36,065 nucleotides of DNA from the NCBI GenBank assembly GCA_045594605.1, contig JAZNYU010000152.1, forward strand, positions 1 through 36,065, given 5' to 3'. The DNA is from Eubacteriales bacterium. GTDB taxonomy: Bacteria; Bacillota; Clostridia; Oscillospirales; CAG-272. The translations under genes were made by a program, and so were the position numbers. The stretch's first letter is position 1, and the number at the start of each line of letters is the position of its first letter. The notes under the pieces are model-generated. The model saw only the letters and a list, made by a program, of their open reading frames with translations. It was not told where the DNA came from and did not search any database. This document shows positions 17,047-25,119 of the stretch, piece after piece.

Positions 17047-18243
17047 TTATTGTGCCTGTTCTTTCAGTTCTTGCGCCCTCTTTGCAAGAGGATCGTTTTT
17101 ACCCTTTGTGCGAATGTAGATGTTCTCACCTTCCATTGTTCGCAAGCGCGATGGGTAATACGCTATCTTGTTTTCCTTGGAGTATGCGATGTACTCCTTT
17201 TTCATTTGGCGTGCTTTCAGCTCGTATTTGTAGGCGAGTTTGCGGATATATTCGGGCTTACCTGACTGCTTCCAAACAATACGATAGGCAGCCGCTCTCT
17301 CCTTCACACGACGGATAGCGAGTTCCATTCTGCGTTGCTTTTCCTCAATCTTTCGTCTTTCCTCGATGACTTCGGCAGGGATGCGCTCGATGTTCATTCC
17401 GCGCTTGTATTCCACTAAATCGTGTCGGCAGTTGTAGGAGAATAGTCCGCAGTAATAGGTCTTGCCCGTGTTCTTGGATGTGTAGGTCACATTGTCCGAG
17501 GCATCTTCGATGGGGATATATCGTCTACCGTCAATCACGCCTGATGTTCCGTCAAGGGAATACACGCGAGCCTGCCACGGCTGGCATCTCTTGGAGCAGT
17601 TAGCATGGGCAGGGACAAGCACCAACTTCACGCCCTTGTCAATCAGCTCTTGCTTTTTCCTCTTGTAGGTTTCAAACCTTACAAGCATCTCGGCAAGGTT
17701 GCGAGGGTTGACATTTGCAAAATACTGCGGTTTTGGTTCGAGCTCTATCCAATCGTCAAGCGCCTTTTTGGAAAGTCGGTTGATGTCCTCATAGAACATC
17801 TGCCCGGGCGTGCCTTGCGTGTAGGAATGCCCCGTGATCTTTTGCGGTATCCGCACATCGGTGACATTCTCAAACTTGACAACGAACTGCGCGCGGTCCT
17901 CTACAACCTTTATCTGCGCCTTTTTGAGGTCCTTCTTATCCGCAAGAGCCAAAGCCAACACATGAGGCGTGAACATTCCAAAATGCTCATATGCCCATTG
18001 ATAGGCTTGCTCTGCGTAATCGTGAAGCTCTGCGCGATACTTGTCGGCTATCTCTTTTTCATCAATAAGGGAAACAAAGCTCTCGATGCGCTTGTCTATG
18101 TTCTCAATGACCGTCTTATACTCGCGCCTTGCAAGGATAGAATCAAAGATATATAGCTTGCTCCAAGACTTTATGTCTGCAGAGATAACCTTGTCCCAAT
18201 CGGGGTTCTTTTGCTTTGCTTCCTCGTACTCCTCGCGCCTCAT
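17047..18243 (-). CDS. Minor head / head morphogenesis protein (SPP1 gp7 / Mu F-like)
   Basis: 398 aa. It overlaps the portal stop by 4 nt. Cys-containing core ...HANCSKRCQPWQARVY...YNCRHDL... and a basic helical C-tail. Confidence 0.65.
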   Translation of the reverse strand: MRREEYEEAKQKNPDWDKVISADIKSWSKLYIFDSILARREYKTVIENIDKRIESFVSLIDEKEIADKYRAELHDYAEQAYQWAYEHFGMFTPHVLALALADKKDLKKAQIKVVEDRAQFVVKFENVTDVRIPQKITGHSYTQGTPGQMFYEDINRLSKKALDDWIELEPKPQYFANVNPRNLAEMLVRFETYKRKKQELIDKGVKLVLVPAHANCSKRCQPWQARVYSLDGTSGVIDGRRYIPIEDASDNVTYTSKNTGKTYYCGLFSYNCRHDLVEYKRGMNIERIPAEVIEERRKIEEKQRRMELAIRRVKERAAAYRIVWKQSGKPEYIRKLAYKYELKARQMKKEYIAYSKENKIAYYPSRLRTMEGENIYIRTKGKNDPLAKRAQELKEQAQ

Positions 18244-19571
18244 TCACCAAAGAAATCAGGGATTGTAGGTTCGGGCTGATTCTCTCGAATCTCTTGCACC
18301 GCTGCCGCTCTTTCCTCTGCCGTTTCGTTGGGGAAGAGGAATTGGCGGACTTCCTCGTCCTTGACTGCATTCGCTCCACGCGCTTGCATAAGGTTTTGGA
18401 ATCTCTCTGTGGTATCCTGGAGCATATTATCTTCCCAATACAAGCGCAGATTGTACTGCTTTGGCGTTGCCTTGCCTATAAAAGGGAAATACACCTCATA
18501 GCAGTAGCACAATGCTCTGATAGCACCATCAATGCTCTTGCGCATTCTGCCGACCATTGCGAGGGTGTCATACATACTCCTGCGCACCTGCGTTGCCGTT
18601 GCCATAGAGGTATCGGCAGGGGTGAGAATGCCAGAAGATGTACCCACTTGCTTTTCCAATCTTGCAAACAGGTTCAAGAGTCGGCTTTCGTAAGCGGTGC
18701 CGCGAATGTCGGGGGAGAATATCTCAAAGAGGTTTTCTGTGGATTTTCCATCAAAGGTCTTGAACAAGCGGTTTTCGGGCTTTCCGTCCTTGCCAAGCAT
18801 AAGGCGGTCAACGCCAAGCCAGGATTGCTTGAGATCAAATTCGTCTGCGTACTGCTTCAAGGTGTCGCGGATCTCCTGGATTGTGTCCTCGCACCCAAAC
18901 GTGATAGGCGCGCCTTGCAGTTTGTCTGTGGTTCTGTTATCCTTGGGGCAGTCTACAAACGCAAATAAGGGCTTTTCTACGCCTTTGAGAGTGATAACGG
19001 GTTCAATGTCCTCCCACTCCTTAAACGTGCTTAAAGCGACCTCTTCGCCGCTCTCGTTGGTTGCCTTGTTCTCTATGGTGAATGCCTTTGTTTCGGGGTC
19101 GAAGTCATAAGAGGTCAAACGGTAATATCTGCGGTTGTTCTTTACGCGGATATCAGCCAAAACACCGATGCCGAGAATGTCATCACCTTGCATCGCGGTT
19201 GTCCATGCTCTGCCTTGGGGAATGATGTCAACGTAAATCTTTCCGCCCGTGATGTAGGGAATGAGAAACACTCTGCCAACGCCGAAAGCCATCTGCGCCC
19301 ACTTGTAGGACTTATTCATCAGCTTCTCCACCGCTTCGGTGATATCGTCATTGTCGCAGTCGAAAGAGAAGCCGTCCAAGGTGTAGTTGGTCAGTCTCGT
19401 TGCGAATATCTCTGCAAAGTTGATGCGGTCAATGCTCTCATAGTCCGCCTCCCATTTTCCCTCTTTTCGGGAATCGAGGTTGCTCTCACTCGAATCCTTC
19501 TTGAAAAGCTTGAAAAAGAGATTGCGGAAGAAGAGCCAAAGCCCGCCTTGCGTTTGTCTGTTGTTTTCCAC
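18240..19571 (-). CDS. Portal protein
   Basis: 443 aa. It lies directly downstream of terL and has the size and position of SPP1-type portals. Confidence 0.8.
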   Translation of the reverse strand: MENNRQTQGGLWLFFRNLFFKLFKKDSSESNLDSRKEGKWEADYESIDRINFAEIFATRLTNYTLDGFSFDCDNDDITEAVEKLMNKSYKWAQMAFGVGRVFLIPYITGGKIYVDIIPQGRAWTTAMQGDDILGIGVLADIRVKNNRRYYRLTSYDFDPETKAFTIENKATNESGEEVALSTFKEWEDIEPVITLKGVEKPLFAFVDCPKDNRTTDKLQGAPITFGCEDTIQEIRDTLKQYADEFDLKQSWLGVDRLMLGKDGKPENRLFKTFDGKSTENLFEIFSPDIRGTAYESRLLNLFARLEKQVGTSSGILTPADTSMATATQVRRSMYDTLAMVGRMRKSIDGAIRALCYCYEVYFPFIGKATPKQYNLRLYWEDNMLQDTTERFQNLMQARGANAVKDEEVRQFLFPNETAEERAAAVQEIRENQPEPTIPDFFGE

Positions 19572-19574
19572 GTC

Positions 19575-20828
19575 TTATCCTCCGTCTCCCGATAGTTGCC
19601 TTATCCAATACTCCCATGAGTATTCAAAGGCATCTAAAGGGCAAATATTTGTTGTGCCCGGTTTATCCAACCGCTCGTCTTTCGGTGCTTTATCATCCCA
19701 CACAGCAGAGCGCAGGGCAGATATCAAGGATTCGTTTTCTTCCTTGACTATCTTGATGCGCTTTGATGTGAAGAGAATGTCCGTGCACCGAATGCGGTCT
19801 ATAATTTCATTCTTAACGCTATTGCGTATGCTCCAAGAGAGGTTTTGCCTCTCACTGTTGATAATCGTTTGCTCTGCGCTATCCGCAAATACATAGTCAA
19901 CAAAACCATACCTTGCTTGGATGTTCTTGCAGAATTGGTCGAGCTTGTCCATAACAAACTCAACGCTCTTGCCCTCTGCATCGTATTCCTCGGAGCGGAG
20001 AACATAGATGCGAGAGTAGTCCCTTGATATTGCCGTAGCGCAAAAGGTATGCTTTGACTTATGACCGCCAAAGTCTTGACCGATGCAGATATAGCCGATG
20101 TCCTTCGGCACTTCATCTGCCGTGATATAGTGCGCATCCTCGTTGTTGATGAACGAGGTGTAGATTGCGCCTTCTGCGGTACACCACTCTCCCAGGATGT
20201 AACGCTTGTAGAACACGCCCGAATACATGGACTTGTATCGGTCTATAATCTTCTGTGATAGTGATGGATTGTCCTCTAACTGAAAATGCAATCTGACCGC
20301 ATTGTGCTTGTCCGCTTGCAATATCCATTCCTTGTAAAACCAATGTTCGGGAGAATCGGGGTTGCAGTTGAACCATATCTTTGAGCCTTCCACAGAGCAA
20401 CGCGCCAAGGCTTGCTCTACAAAGGACCTCGGCTGCAGGGCAACCTCGTCCAATAGAACGCCTGCAAGGGTTCTACCTTGAATCAGCATAAAGGAGCTTT
20501 CATCTTTACCACCGAATACCTCAAAGACATTCTCCCTGTCTCCTCGAGACACTACAAGGAGCTTGTCGCTCCGTTTCCATTGAATGGTGTATCTCTCTCT
20601 TTCCCCGGTAATGCCGAGGTATGGAACGATGATGTTCTTTACTGTGCTATCTACCGTCTTTCCGCAGATGCCGAACCTTTGGTGATTGAACCGCTCCATA
20701 GCATCACGGACGAACGCTAACATCATAAAGGATGTCTTTCCGCTACGGATGGCACCGTCAGCAATGAGAGCATCATACTTTGTATAAGGGAAGGAGAGTA
20801 TCTGCTTTTGCTTACGAGAAATCGCCAT
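19575..20828 (-). CDS. terL: Terminase large subunit
   Basis: 417 aa. Walker A ADGAIRSGKTS near the N-terminus and a C-terminal nuclease-like part. The overall layout is PBSX/Terminase_3-like. Confidence 0.9.
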   Translation of the reverse strand: MAISRKQKQILSFPYTKYDALIADGAIRSGKTSFMMLAFVRDAMERFNHQRFGICGKTVDSTVKNIIVPYLGITGERERYTIQWKRSDKLLVVSRGDRENVFEVFGGKDESSFMLIQGRTLAGVLLDEVALQPRSFVEQALARCSVEGSKIWFNCNPDSPEHWFYKEWILQADKHNAVRLHFQLEDNPSLSQKIIDRYKSMYSGVFYKRYILGEWCTAEGAIYTSFINNEDAHYITADEVPKDIGYICIGQDFGGHKSKHTFCATAISRDYSRIYVLRSEEYDAEGKSVEFVMDKLDQFCKNIQARYGFVDYVFADSAEQTIINSERQNLSWSIRNSVKNEIIDRIRCTDILFTSKRIKIVKEENESLISALRSAVWDDKAPKDERLDKPGTTNICPLDAFEYSWEYWIRQLSGDGG

Positions 20829-21243
20829 TGTTCATCCTCTCTGCTTCTTCTTTGAGCGCCTTTGTAATAGGATCATCCTCTATGGCGTTTCCTTGGTTAT
20901 GCTTGAGGACCATAGTGTACTTGTCAATGAGAGTACCGAGTGAGGTTGTCAACTGCGCGGTTGATGCTTTCTTTATCAGTTCATCTGAAGATAGTCGGTC
21001 AAGGAATTTGTCAATGATGAGGTTTACCTTGCCGAGCTGCTTGCTCATGTGGGTTAGAACGTCCTCGGCAGCCAATTCCTTTTCCTTTTCGACATTTTCG
21101 AAAAAATCCGCATTTGCTTCTACAATGCGTCTGATAGTATTATCGGTAACCCCGTACTTTCTTGCTACCTCGCTATAGTTGTGGCATTCGGCATAGTCAA
21201 CTACAGCTTGGAGCTTTTGTTGCTCGTTCAGCTTGTTGCCCAT
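20812..21243 (-). CDS. terS: Terminase small subunit (HTH type)
   Basis: I chose the ATG at 21243 (MGNKLNEQQK...) because AAAGGGG lies upstream. HTH YSEVARKYGVTDNTIRRIV. It overlaps the terL start. Confidence 0.6.
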   Translation of the reverse strand: MGNKLNEQQKLQAVVDYAECHNYSEVARKYGVTDNTIRRIVEANADFFENVEKEKELAAEDVLTHMSKQLGKVNLIIDKFLDRLSSDELIKKASTAQLTTSLGTLIDKYTMVLKHNQGNAIEDDPITKALKEEAERMNNGDFS

Positions 21244-21261
21244 AGCGTTTGCCCCTTTCTG

Positions 21262-21298
21262 TAAAATAAAAAACCGCAAAGGCGTTAACCTCTGCGGT
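21262..21298 (-). terminator. Leader terminator immediately upstream of terS
   Basis: Minus strand: ACCGCAGAGG-TTAACG-CCTTTGCGGT (one G-U pair) followed by TTTTTATTTTAC. The T-tract ends about 20 nt before the terS ATG. Confidence 0.65.
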
Positions 21299-21318
21299 GT
21301 GTAGTTATTGATGATATC

Positions 21319-21349
21319 ATTTTAGCATAAAAGAAAGTCATCGTATGAC
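21319..21349 (-). promoter_or_regulatory. Candidate late promoter: extended -10 (TGCTAAAAT) with a palindrome at the -35 position
   Basis: The minus strand reads TGcTAAAAT at 21327-21319. There is no -35 hexamer. Instead the palindrome GTCAT-CGT-ATGAC (21337-21349) sits there. Confidence 0.4.
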
Positions 21350-21362
21350 ATCTTTTTAGGTG

Positions 21363-21391
21363 TTGACATTTTTTAAAGATTGTGGTACAAT
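21363..21391 (+). promoter_or_regulatory. Sigma-70-type promoter of the lipoprotein moron
   Basis: TTGACA (21363-21368), 17-nt spacer, TGgTACAAT extended -10 (21383-21391). Confidence 0.7.
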
Positions 21392-21433
21392 GTTGATATC
21401 TGCCGGAAGGCTTATAAAAGAAAGGGAATACTT

Positions 21434-21886
21434 ATGAAAAGAATTTTTTCATTGCTATTGGTATTTGTTTTGCTTGTTACAAATATTTGCTTGATTTCTT
21501 CTTGCAAGAATAAAGGCTCTGATTGCCTTGTTTTTGAGTTAAACGAAGATGGCGAGACTTGCGCCCTTGTCGGCGTTCAAAACTGTATGGAGATGGACCT
21601 TGTTATCCCAGAAAAATTCAAAGGGAAAAAGGTTGTATCTATTGGGGCGAATGCTTTCCCTGAAATGCTCCAAAGCGTAAAAATACCAAAGAGTATTGTG
21701 GAAATAAGCGAAGATGCTTTTTCCAATTGCGAAAATCCTATAACTATTTACTTTGCAGGCAGCATTCAACAGTGGTCTGATATTTTAGAAGCTCATTCGG
21801 TTTGTCTAAACACAAAAGTAATTTGCTCAGATGGGACAATTTTCCACGCTCTTTGGGGTTGGGCTGATGAAAGTTATATGAAATAA
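21434..21886 (+). CDS. Lipoprotein with BspA-type leucine-rich repeats (moron)
   Basis: I chose the ATG at 21434. Signal peptide and lipobox MKRIFSLLLVFVLLVTNICLISSC. LRR_5-like units (VIPEKFKGKKVVSIGANAF..., VKIPKSIVEISEDAFSNC...). It is on the strand opposite all its neighbours. Confidence 0.7.
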   Translation: MKRIFSLLLVFVLLVTNICLISSCKNKGSDCLVFELNEDGETCALVGVQNCMEMDLVIPEKFKGKKVVSIGANAFPEMLQSVKIPKSIVEISEDAFSNCENPITIYFAGSIQQWSDILEAHSVCLNTKVICSDGTIFHALWGWADESYMK

Positions 21887-21892
21887 ACATAA

Positions 21893-21923
21893 GGGACTAA
21901 CCAAGAGGTTAGCCCCTTTTCTT
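21893..21923. terminator. Terminator hairpin between convergent genes
   Basis: GGGACTAACC-AAGA-GGTTAGCCCC (one mismatch) followed by TTTTCTT on the plus strand. It lies between the moron and the minus-strand gene ending at 21922. Confidence 0.6.
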
Positions 21924-22353
21924 ATAATACATCAGGTTCCTCAATCGTCAGCCCTCTGTAATAGGCACATAACGCGCGAGCTTCTTTCAGCCATCTGTAA
22001 ACAGTGCGCTCGTCACAGAATGTTTTTGTAGCAAAAGCCAATATCCTTTCTTTCAGTATTTCATTCGGTATCCTCGTTTTCCCTTTATAGGGGAAATAAA
22101 CCGCCTTGACGGCTTCTATGATGTACTCTCGGTTTCTGTCCGTTAGGTTTGAGAAAGTGGCGTTAACCGCGTTAATATCGGCTATAATCGGCTTTGCCGT
22201 GTTTACAGAAGCATCTGCCTTTGCCACTATGATTTTGGGATCAAGACGGAACAGCCGAGTGTTGACATCGTTCCTGATCCTCGCCTCATACTCCTCTGCC
22301 GTAGGGTATCGGAGAGAGGCAACACGGGCGAATATAGCCGTTACCGTGTCCAT
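21922..22353 (-). CDS. Putative late-gene transcriptional regulator (ArpU/RinA-like position)
   Basis: It is the last early gene before the packaging module. C-terminal HTH-like segment DERTVYRWLKEARALCAYY. I preferred the ATG at 22353 because the track start at 22392 is a TTG. Confidence 0.35.
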   Translation of the reverse strand: MDTVTAIFARVASLRYPTAEEYEARIRNDVNTRLFRLDPKIIVAKADASVNTAKPIIADINAVNATFSNLTDRNREYIIEAVKAVYFPYKGKTRIPNEILKERILAFATKTFCDERTVYRWLKEARALCAYYRGLTIEEPDVL

Positions 22354-22363
22354 ATAGGTTTCT

Positions 22364-22690
22364 TTATTCCTCAAAGTTTTCCTCCGTATCAACAGTCTCC
22401 AATCTACGGAACATCGCGGCTTCTTCCGCTTTTAACCGATTTATCACAGCGAGATATTCAAACTTTGGGATTACCAATAGTTCTTCTCCTCTCAATACCA
22501 TAACGGAGGAGCAAGAATTAACCCCTTCTTGAAATCTTGTCACAACATCTCTAACGAGAGTGCCGCATTGTTCTCGTTCTATCATGGCGATTGCAGAATC
22601 ATATCCCGCTCTTCTTTTCATGTTTGGGTCGCAATGGTCTCTTTTGAACTTTATCTTTTCTATGATTTTTTCAGCAAGAATGTATTTCAT
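22364..22690 (-). CDS. Hypothetical early protein
   Basis: 108 aa. It overlaps the upstream stop by 4 nt. Confidence 0.55.
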   Translation of the reverse strand: MKYILAEKIIEKIKFKRDHCDPNMKRRAGYDSAIAMIEREQCGTLVRDVVTRFQEGVNSCSSVMVLRGEELLVIPKFEYLAVINRLKAEEAAMFRRLETVDTEENFEE

Positions 22691-23046
22691 TCAGTTTTCT
22701 CCTTTTCTTTGATGTATCTGCTTGCCTCATACTCCTTGTATATGGTCATGAAGTCATCGAGCTCTAAAGTAACGAGGATAGCCGCGTTGTTCTTCTTGTG
22801 GAACACGGCAGGAATGTCGCCCTTTGGAGCGGCATCGTGCTTTGCCTGATCTATCCAGTCATAGAGGCGCATCTGCTCTTGGTGCTTTGCCTCTATGTGG
22901 AGATATGGAAGTCCTACCACATCGGATGCATCTCCGGTATTGCCGCAGTATTGCGCGGTTCTCCTTGCATCGTAGCCGTGCTCACGGAACTTTGATGCAA
23001 GCAGCCTCTCAAACCGAGCTCCTTTCTGTTTGCTATTTACTGCCAT
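22687..23046 (-). CDS. Holliday-junction resolvase-like PD-(D/E)XK nuclease
   Basis: I chose the ATG at 23046 because GGAAGGAG lies upstream. Motifs KGARFERLLASKF...DASDVVGL...HIEAKHQE fit the Hjc/RecU-like signature (KG..fE, D, ExK). Confidence 0.6.
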   Translation of the reverse strand: MAVNSKQKGARFERLLASKFREHGYDARRTAQYCGNTGDASDVVGLPYLHIEAKHQEQMRLYDWIDQAKHDAAPKGDIPAVFHKKNNAAILVTLELDDFMTIYKEYEASRYIKEKEKTE

Positions 23047-23383
23047 TAGATTCTCCTTCCGTATATTTCTTTTTGAGTTCGGCAAAATCCTCATATAACA
23101 GAACCCCAGTTTGAGACTCATTGTTATAAAAGTGTTCTTCAATCTCCTCAAAAATCTCCCTCGCAACCTCGGCTCTTATTCCGTATAATCTGTTCAAATA
23201 TCCCTTTGCTTCTTGTGTCATATCATTAAAAAGCTTTTCCATACGGTCATACTCGCTCTTTGGTACAACATCGGCGGTGTTGACATCTCTGATGGCAGAT
23301 ATTGCGCGGCTTTGAAGTCCTGTTCCGGCCAACGCGAACAACACTGCATCAAGTGCATCTTCTCGCTTGATATATTCGTCCAT
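23033..23383 (-). CDS. Hypothetical early protein (helical)
   Basis: The start is taken at MDEYIKRED... and the frame is taken from the ORF track. My manual count in 23341-23400 was off by 1 nt. Confidence 0.5.
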   Translation of the reverse strand: MDEYIKREDALDAVLFALAGTGLQSRAISAIRDVNTADVVPKSEYDRMEKLFNDMTQEAKGYLNRLYGIRAEVAREIFEEIEEHFYNNESQTGVLLYEDFAELKKKYTEGESNGSK

Positions 23384-23384
23384 A

Positions 23385-23702
23385 TCATTCCTTCCTTTCT
23401 CCGTAACTGCAAAAGAAATCACTACCTCTTTCGCTGAAATATTCATTTTCTCCAACCGTGGCATACCACAAGGCGCAACGGTGAGGCACATATCGGTTCT
23501 TGCAATTATGACACCTAACAACTTCTACCAAATCGGGGTTTATAAGGTATTCTGCAAGGGAATCGACATCTTTTTTGAAATTCTCAATGTCTTGCTCTTG
23601 AACATCTCTTGGTTTTTCGCTCCATAACTCTCGACCTGCTCTTTGCCCTTGAAATAAGTCGAATTTGTCAAGGATTTCCATTGCTTGTTCTTTTGCAATC
23701 AT
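23385..23702 (-). CDS. Hypothetical Cys-containing early protein
   Basis: I chose the ATG at 23702 (MIAKEQAMEIL...) because GAAAGGAG lies upstream. It has a CHNC...C...C cluster. Confidence 0.55.
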   Translation of the reverse strand: MIAKEQAMEILDKFDLFQGQRAGRELWSEKPRDVQEQDIENFKKDVDSLAEYLINPDLVEVVRCHNCKNRYVPHRCALWYATVGENEYFSERGSDFFCSYGERKE

Positions 23703-23715
23703 TCCGCATCTCCTT

Positions 23716-23850
23716 TCACGCTTGAATTGTATAATCCCAGCCGCGCTTAATTGCTTCTGCTTGGGCAAGAATTTGAGCTTCCTTTTTATTGAGAGCCCAA
23801 ACATCAATTACTCCTCCCAAAAATCTGATAGAGAATTTAGTAAATTTCAT
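23716..23850 (-). CDS. Unannotated 44-aa ORF
   Basis: Hand translation MKFTKFSIRFLGGVIDVWALNKKEAQILAQAEAIKRGWDYTIQA. Its ATG overlaps the upstream TAA (TAATG). Confidence 0.4.
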   Translation of the reverse strand: MKFTKFSIRFLGGVIDVWALNKKEAQILAQAEAIKRGWDYTIQA

Positions 23851-24101
23851 TATTCCGAACCACCTTTCAATATTTGTTCGGCTTCAACGGCTAATTCGTA
23901 AAGGTCGCCCTCGCAAAACTCTTCACCGCTTCTTTCATAAACAACTTTTTGACAAGTCGGGCATAAATAAGAAGTAAAAATAATATCGTCTTTTACGGTT
24001 TCACGAAGCATTTTTGTGTTTCTTGGAAATTTTCTCGCACACCCAAAACACTTTTGCTCTTTGCGTGTTATTACTTCTTTTTGCGTGATAATATAACTCA
24101 T
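23850..24101 (-). CDS. Zn-ribbon protein
   Basis: I chose the ATG at 24101 (MSYIITQKE...), which forms a TAATG overlap with the upstream ORF. CFGC...CPTC. Confidence 0.55.
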   Translation of the reverse strand: MSYIITQKEVITRKEQKCFGCARKFPRNTKMLRETVKDDIIFTSYLCPTCQKVVYERSGEEFCEGDLYELAVEAEQILKGGSE

Positions 24102-24280
24102 TACTCCGCGCCGCCTTTCTTTTTTTCGTATTGGATTCGCTTCAGTTTCCACCAACCGCAATTTTCACAAACAAGCCCATATCCTGACTTTTCGGTCAAT
24201 TTTGTGTGACACTTCGGGCAAGTTCTTCTGCCGTTTTTTGCTCTATCAATATTGCGATTGATTTTTCGTGCAAAACTCAT
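24101..24280 (-). CDS. Unannotated 59-aa Zn-ribbon ORF
   Basis: MSFARKINRNIDRAKNGRRTCPKCHTKLTEKSGYGLVCENCGWWKLKRIQYEKKKGGAE. It has an ATGA overlap with the gene ending at 24277. It is 1 aa below the track cutoff. Confidence 0.5.
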   Translation of the reverse strand: MSFARKINRNIDRAKNGRRTCPKCHTKLTEKSGYGLVCENCGWWKLKRIQYEKKKGGAE

Positions 24281-24609
24281 TTCCCATCACCGCCTTTCAT
24301 CTTCGGTGGTTCGGGAAGCGGCATCCAATGAGTAACATCTCTTATGGCGGTAGAAACATTATCATTGCTTACATTCCATAAACGTAATGAAGCATTGAAA
24401 TTGAGTAGATAGTAAATAAGTCCATTGAAGGTCAAATACTCCCCGTCAGTTTCGGGCAACCTCTCCTCAACGCTTATCCACTCTTGCTTGCGATAGCCTC
24501 TATCAAATAGGTATGTCGCAACATTCATAGCGTGTTTTGTTGTTTCTTTCGGCTTTTCGACTAACAACTCGTCAATCGCTCTTGCCATTTCTTTAATCTT
24601 TTCTTGCAT
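24277..24609 (-). CDS. DUF551-like phage protein
   Basis: 110 aa. WISVEERLPE...VTHWMPLPEPP matches my memory of the DUF551 signature. Confidence 0.5.
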   Translation of the reverse strand: MQEKIKEMARAIDELLVEKPKETTKHAMNVATYLFDRGYRKQEWISVEERLPETDGEYLTFNGLIYYLLNFNASLRLWNVSNDNVSTAIRDVTHWMPLPEPPKMKGGDGK

Positions 24610-24610
24610 A

Positions 24611-24892
24611 TTATTCTCCTTTCATTTTCGCTCCGCAGTTGGGGCAATATTTGCTTCTTGCAACGTCGGCTTGATAATCATAATACCAACAAGCACCGCC
24701 ACAAACCGAGCAAACGTATTTTTCTTGGGGAATATCACTTGTAATCCACTCTCCCTCTTTCTGCTTGCGGTATCCATCCTCAAATAATTTTTTGGCAAAC
24801 AAATAATCTGCCTGTCCGAAATAGCTTTCTCTTATCCTGCGTATCTCGTCTGCCATTTCCATAATTGCTTGCTTCTCAATCTGCTCTTTCAT
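24611..24892 (-). CDS. Zn-ribbon protein
   Basis: 93 aa. CSVCGG...CPNCG. AGGAGGG RBS. Confidence 0.55.
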   Translation of the reverse strand: MKEQIEKQAIMEMADEIRRIRESYFGQADYLFAKKLFEDGYRKQKEGEWITSDIPQEKYVCSVCGGACWYYDYQADVARSKYCPNCGAKMKGE

Positions 24893-25106
24893 CGGTTGCC
24901 CTCCTGTTCCAAGCGTTTATTGCTTCTACTTCTGTTTCTGCGTGAGTTTTGCCTGTGCCATTAAAGCACTCAAAAAGCCTTGTTCTACAACCACAATTCA
25001 TACAATAAACATAATCACCATCATAATCTGTGTATTTGCTTGATTGGTGATATAATACCGCCGTGCCCCCACAAAAGGGGCAGGGGAGTAATTTAGCTTC
25101 GTTCAT
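24876..25106 (-). CDS. Lar-family-like restriction alleviation Zn-ribbon protein, putative
   Basis: I chose the ATG at 25106 because AAAGGAG lies upstream. The N-terminus LLPCPFCGG...C.NCG is typical of Lar-like proteins. It lies directly after the methyltransferase gene. Confidence 0.45.
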   Translation of the reverse strand: MNEAKLLPCPFCGGTAVLYHQSSKYTDYDGDYVYCMNCGCRTRLFECFNGTGKTHAETEVEAINAWNRRATDERAD

Positions 25107-25119
25107 CGGGTTCTCCTTT

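Noticed and set aside
23341-23401. An apparent 1-nt inconsistency around the line break at 23400/23401. It lies between my hand translation of the printed sequence and the ORF-track frames of 23033-23521 and 23385-23807.
   Set aside because: Both ORF ends agree with the track elsewhere, so this is most likely my own reading or counting error and not a real frameshift. I kept the track frames and claim no pseudogene.
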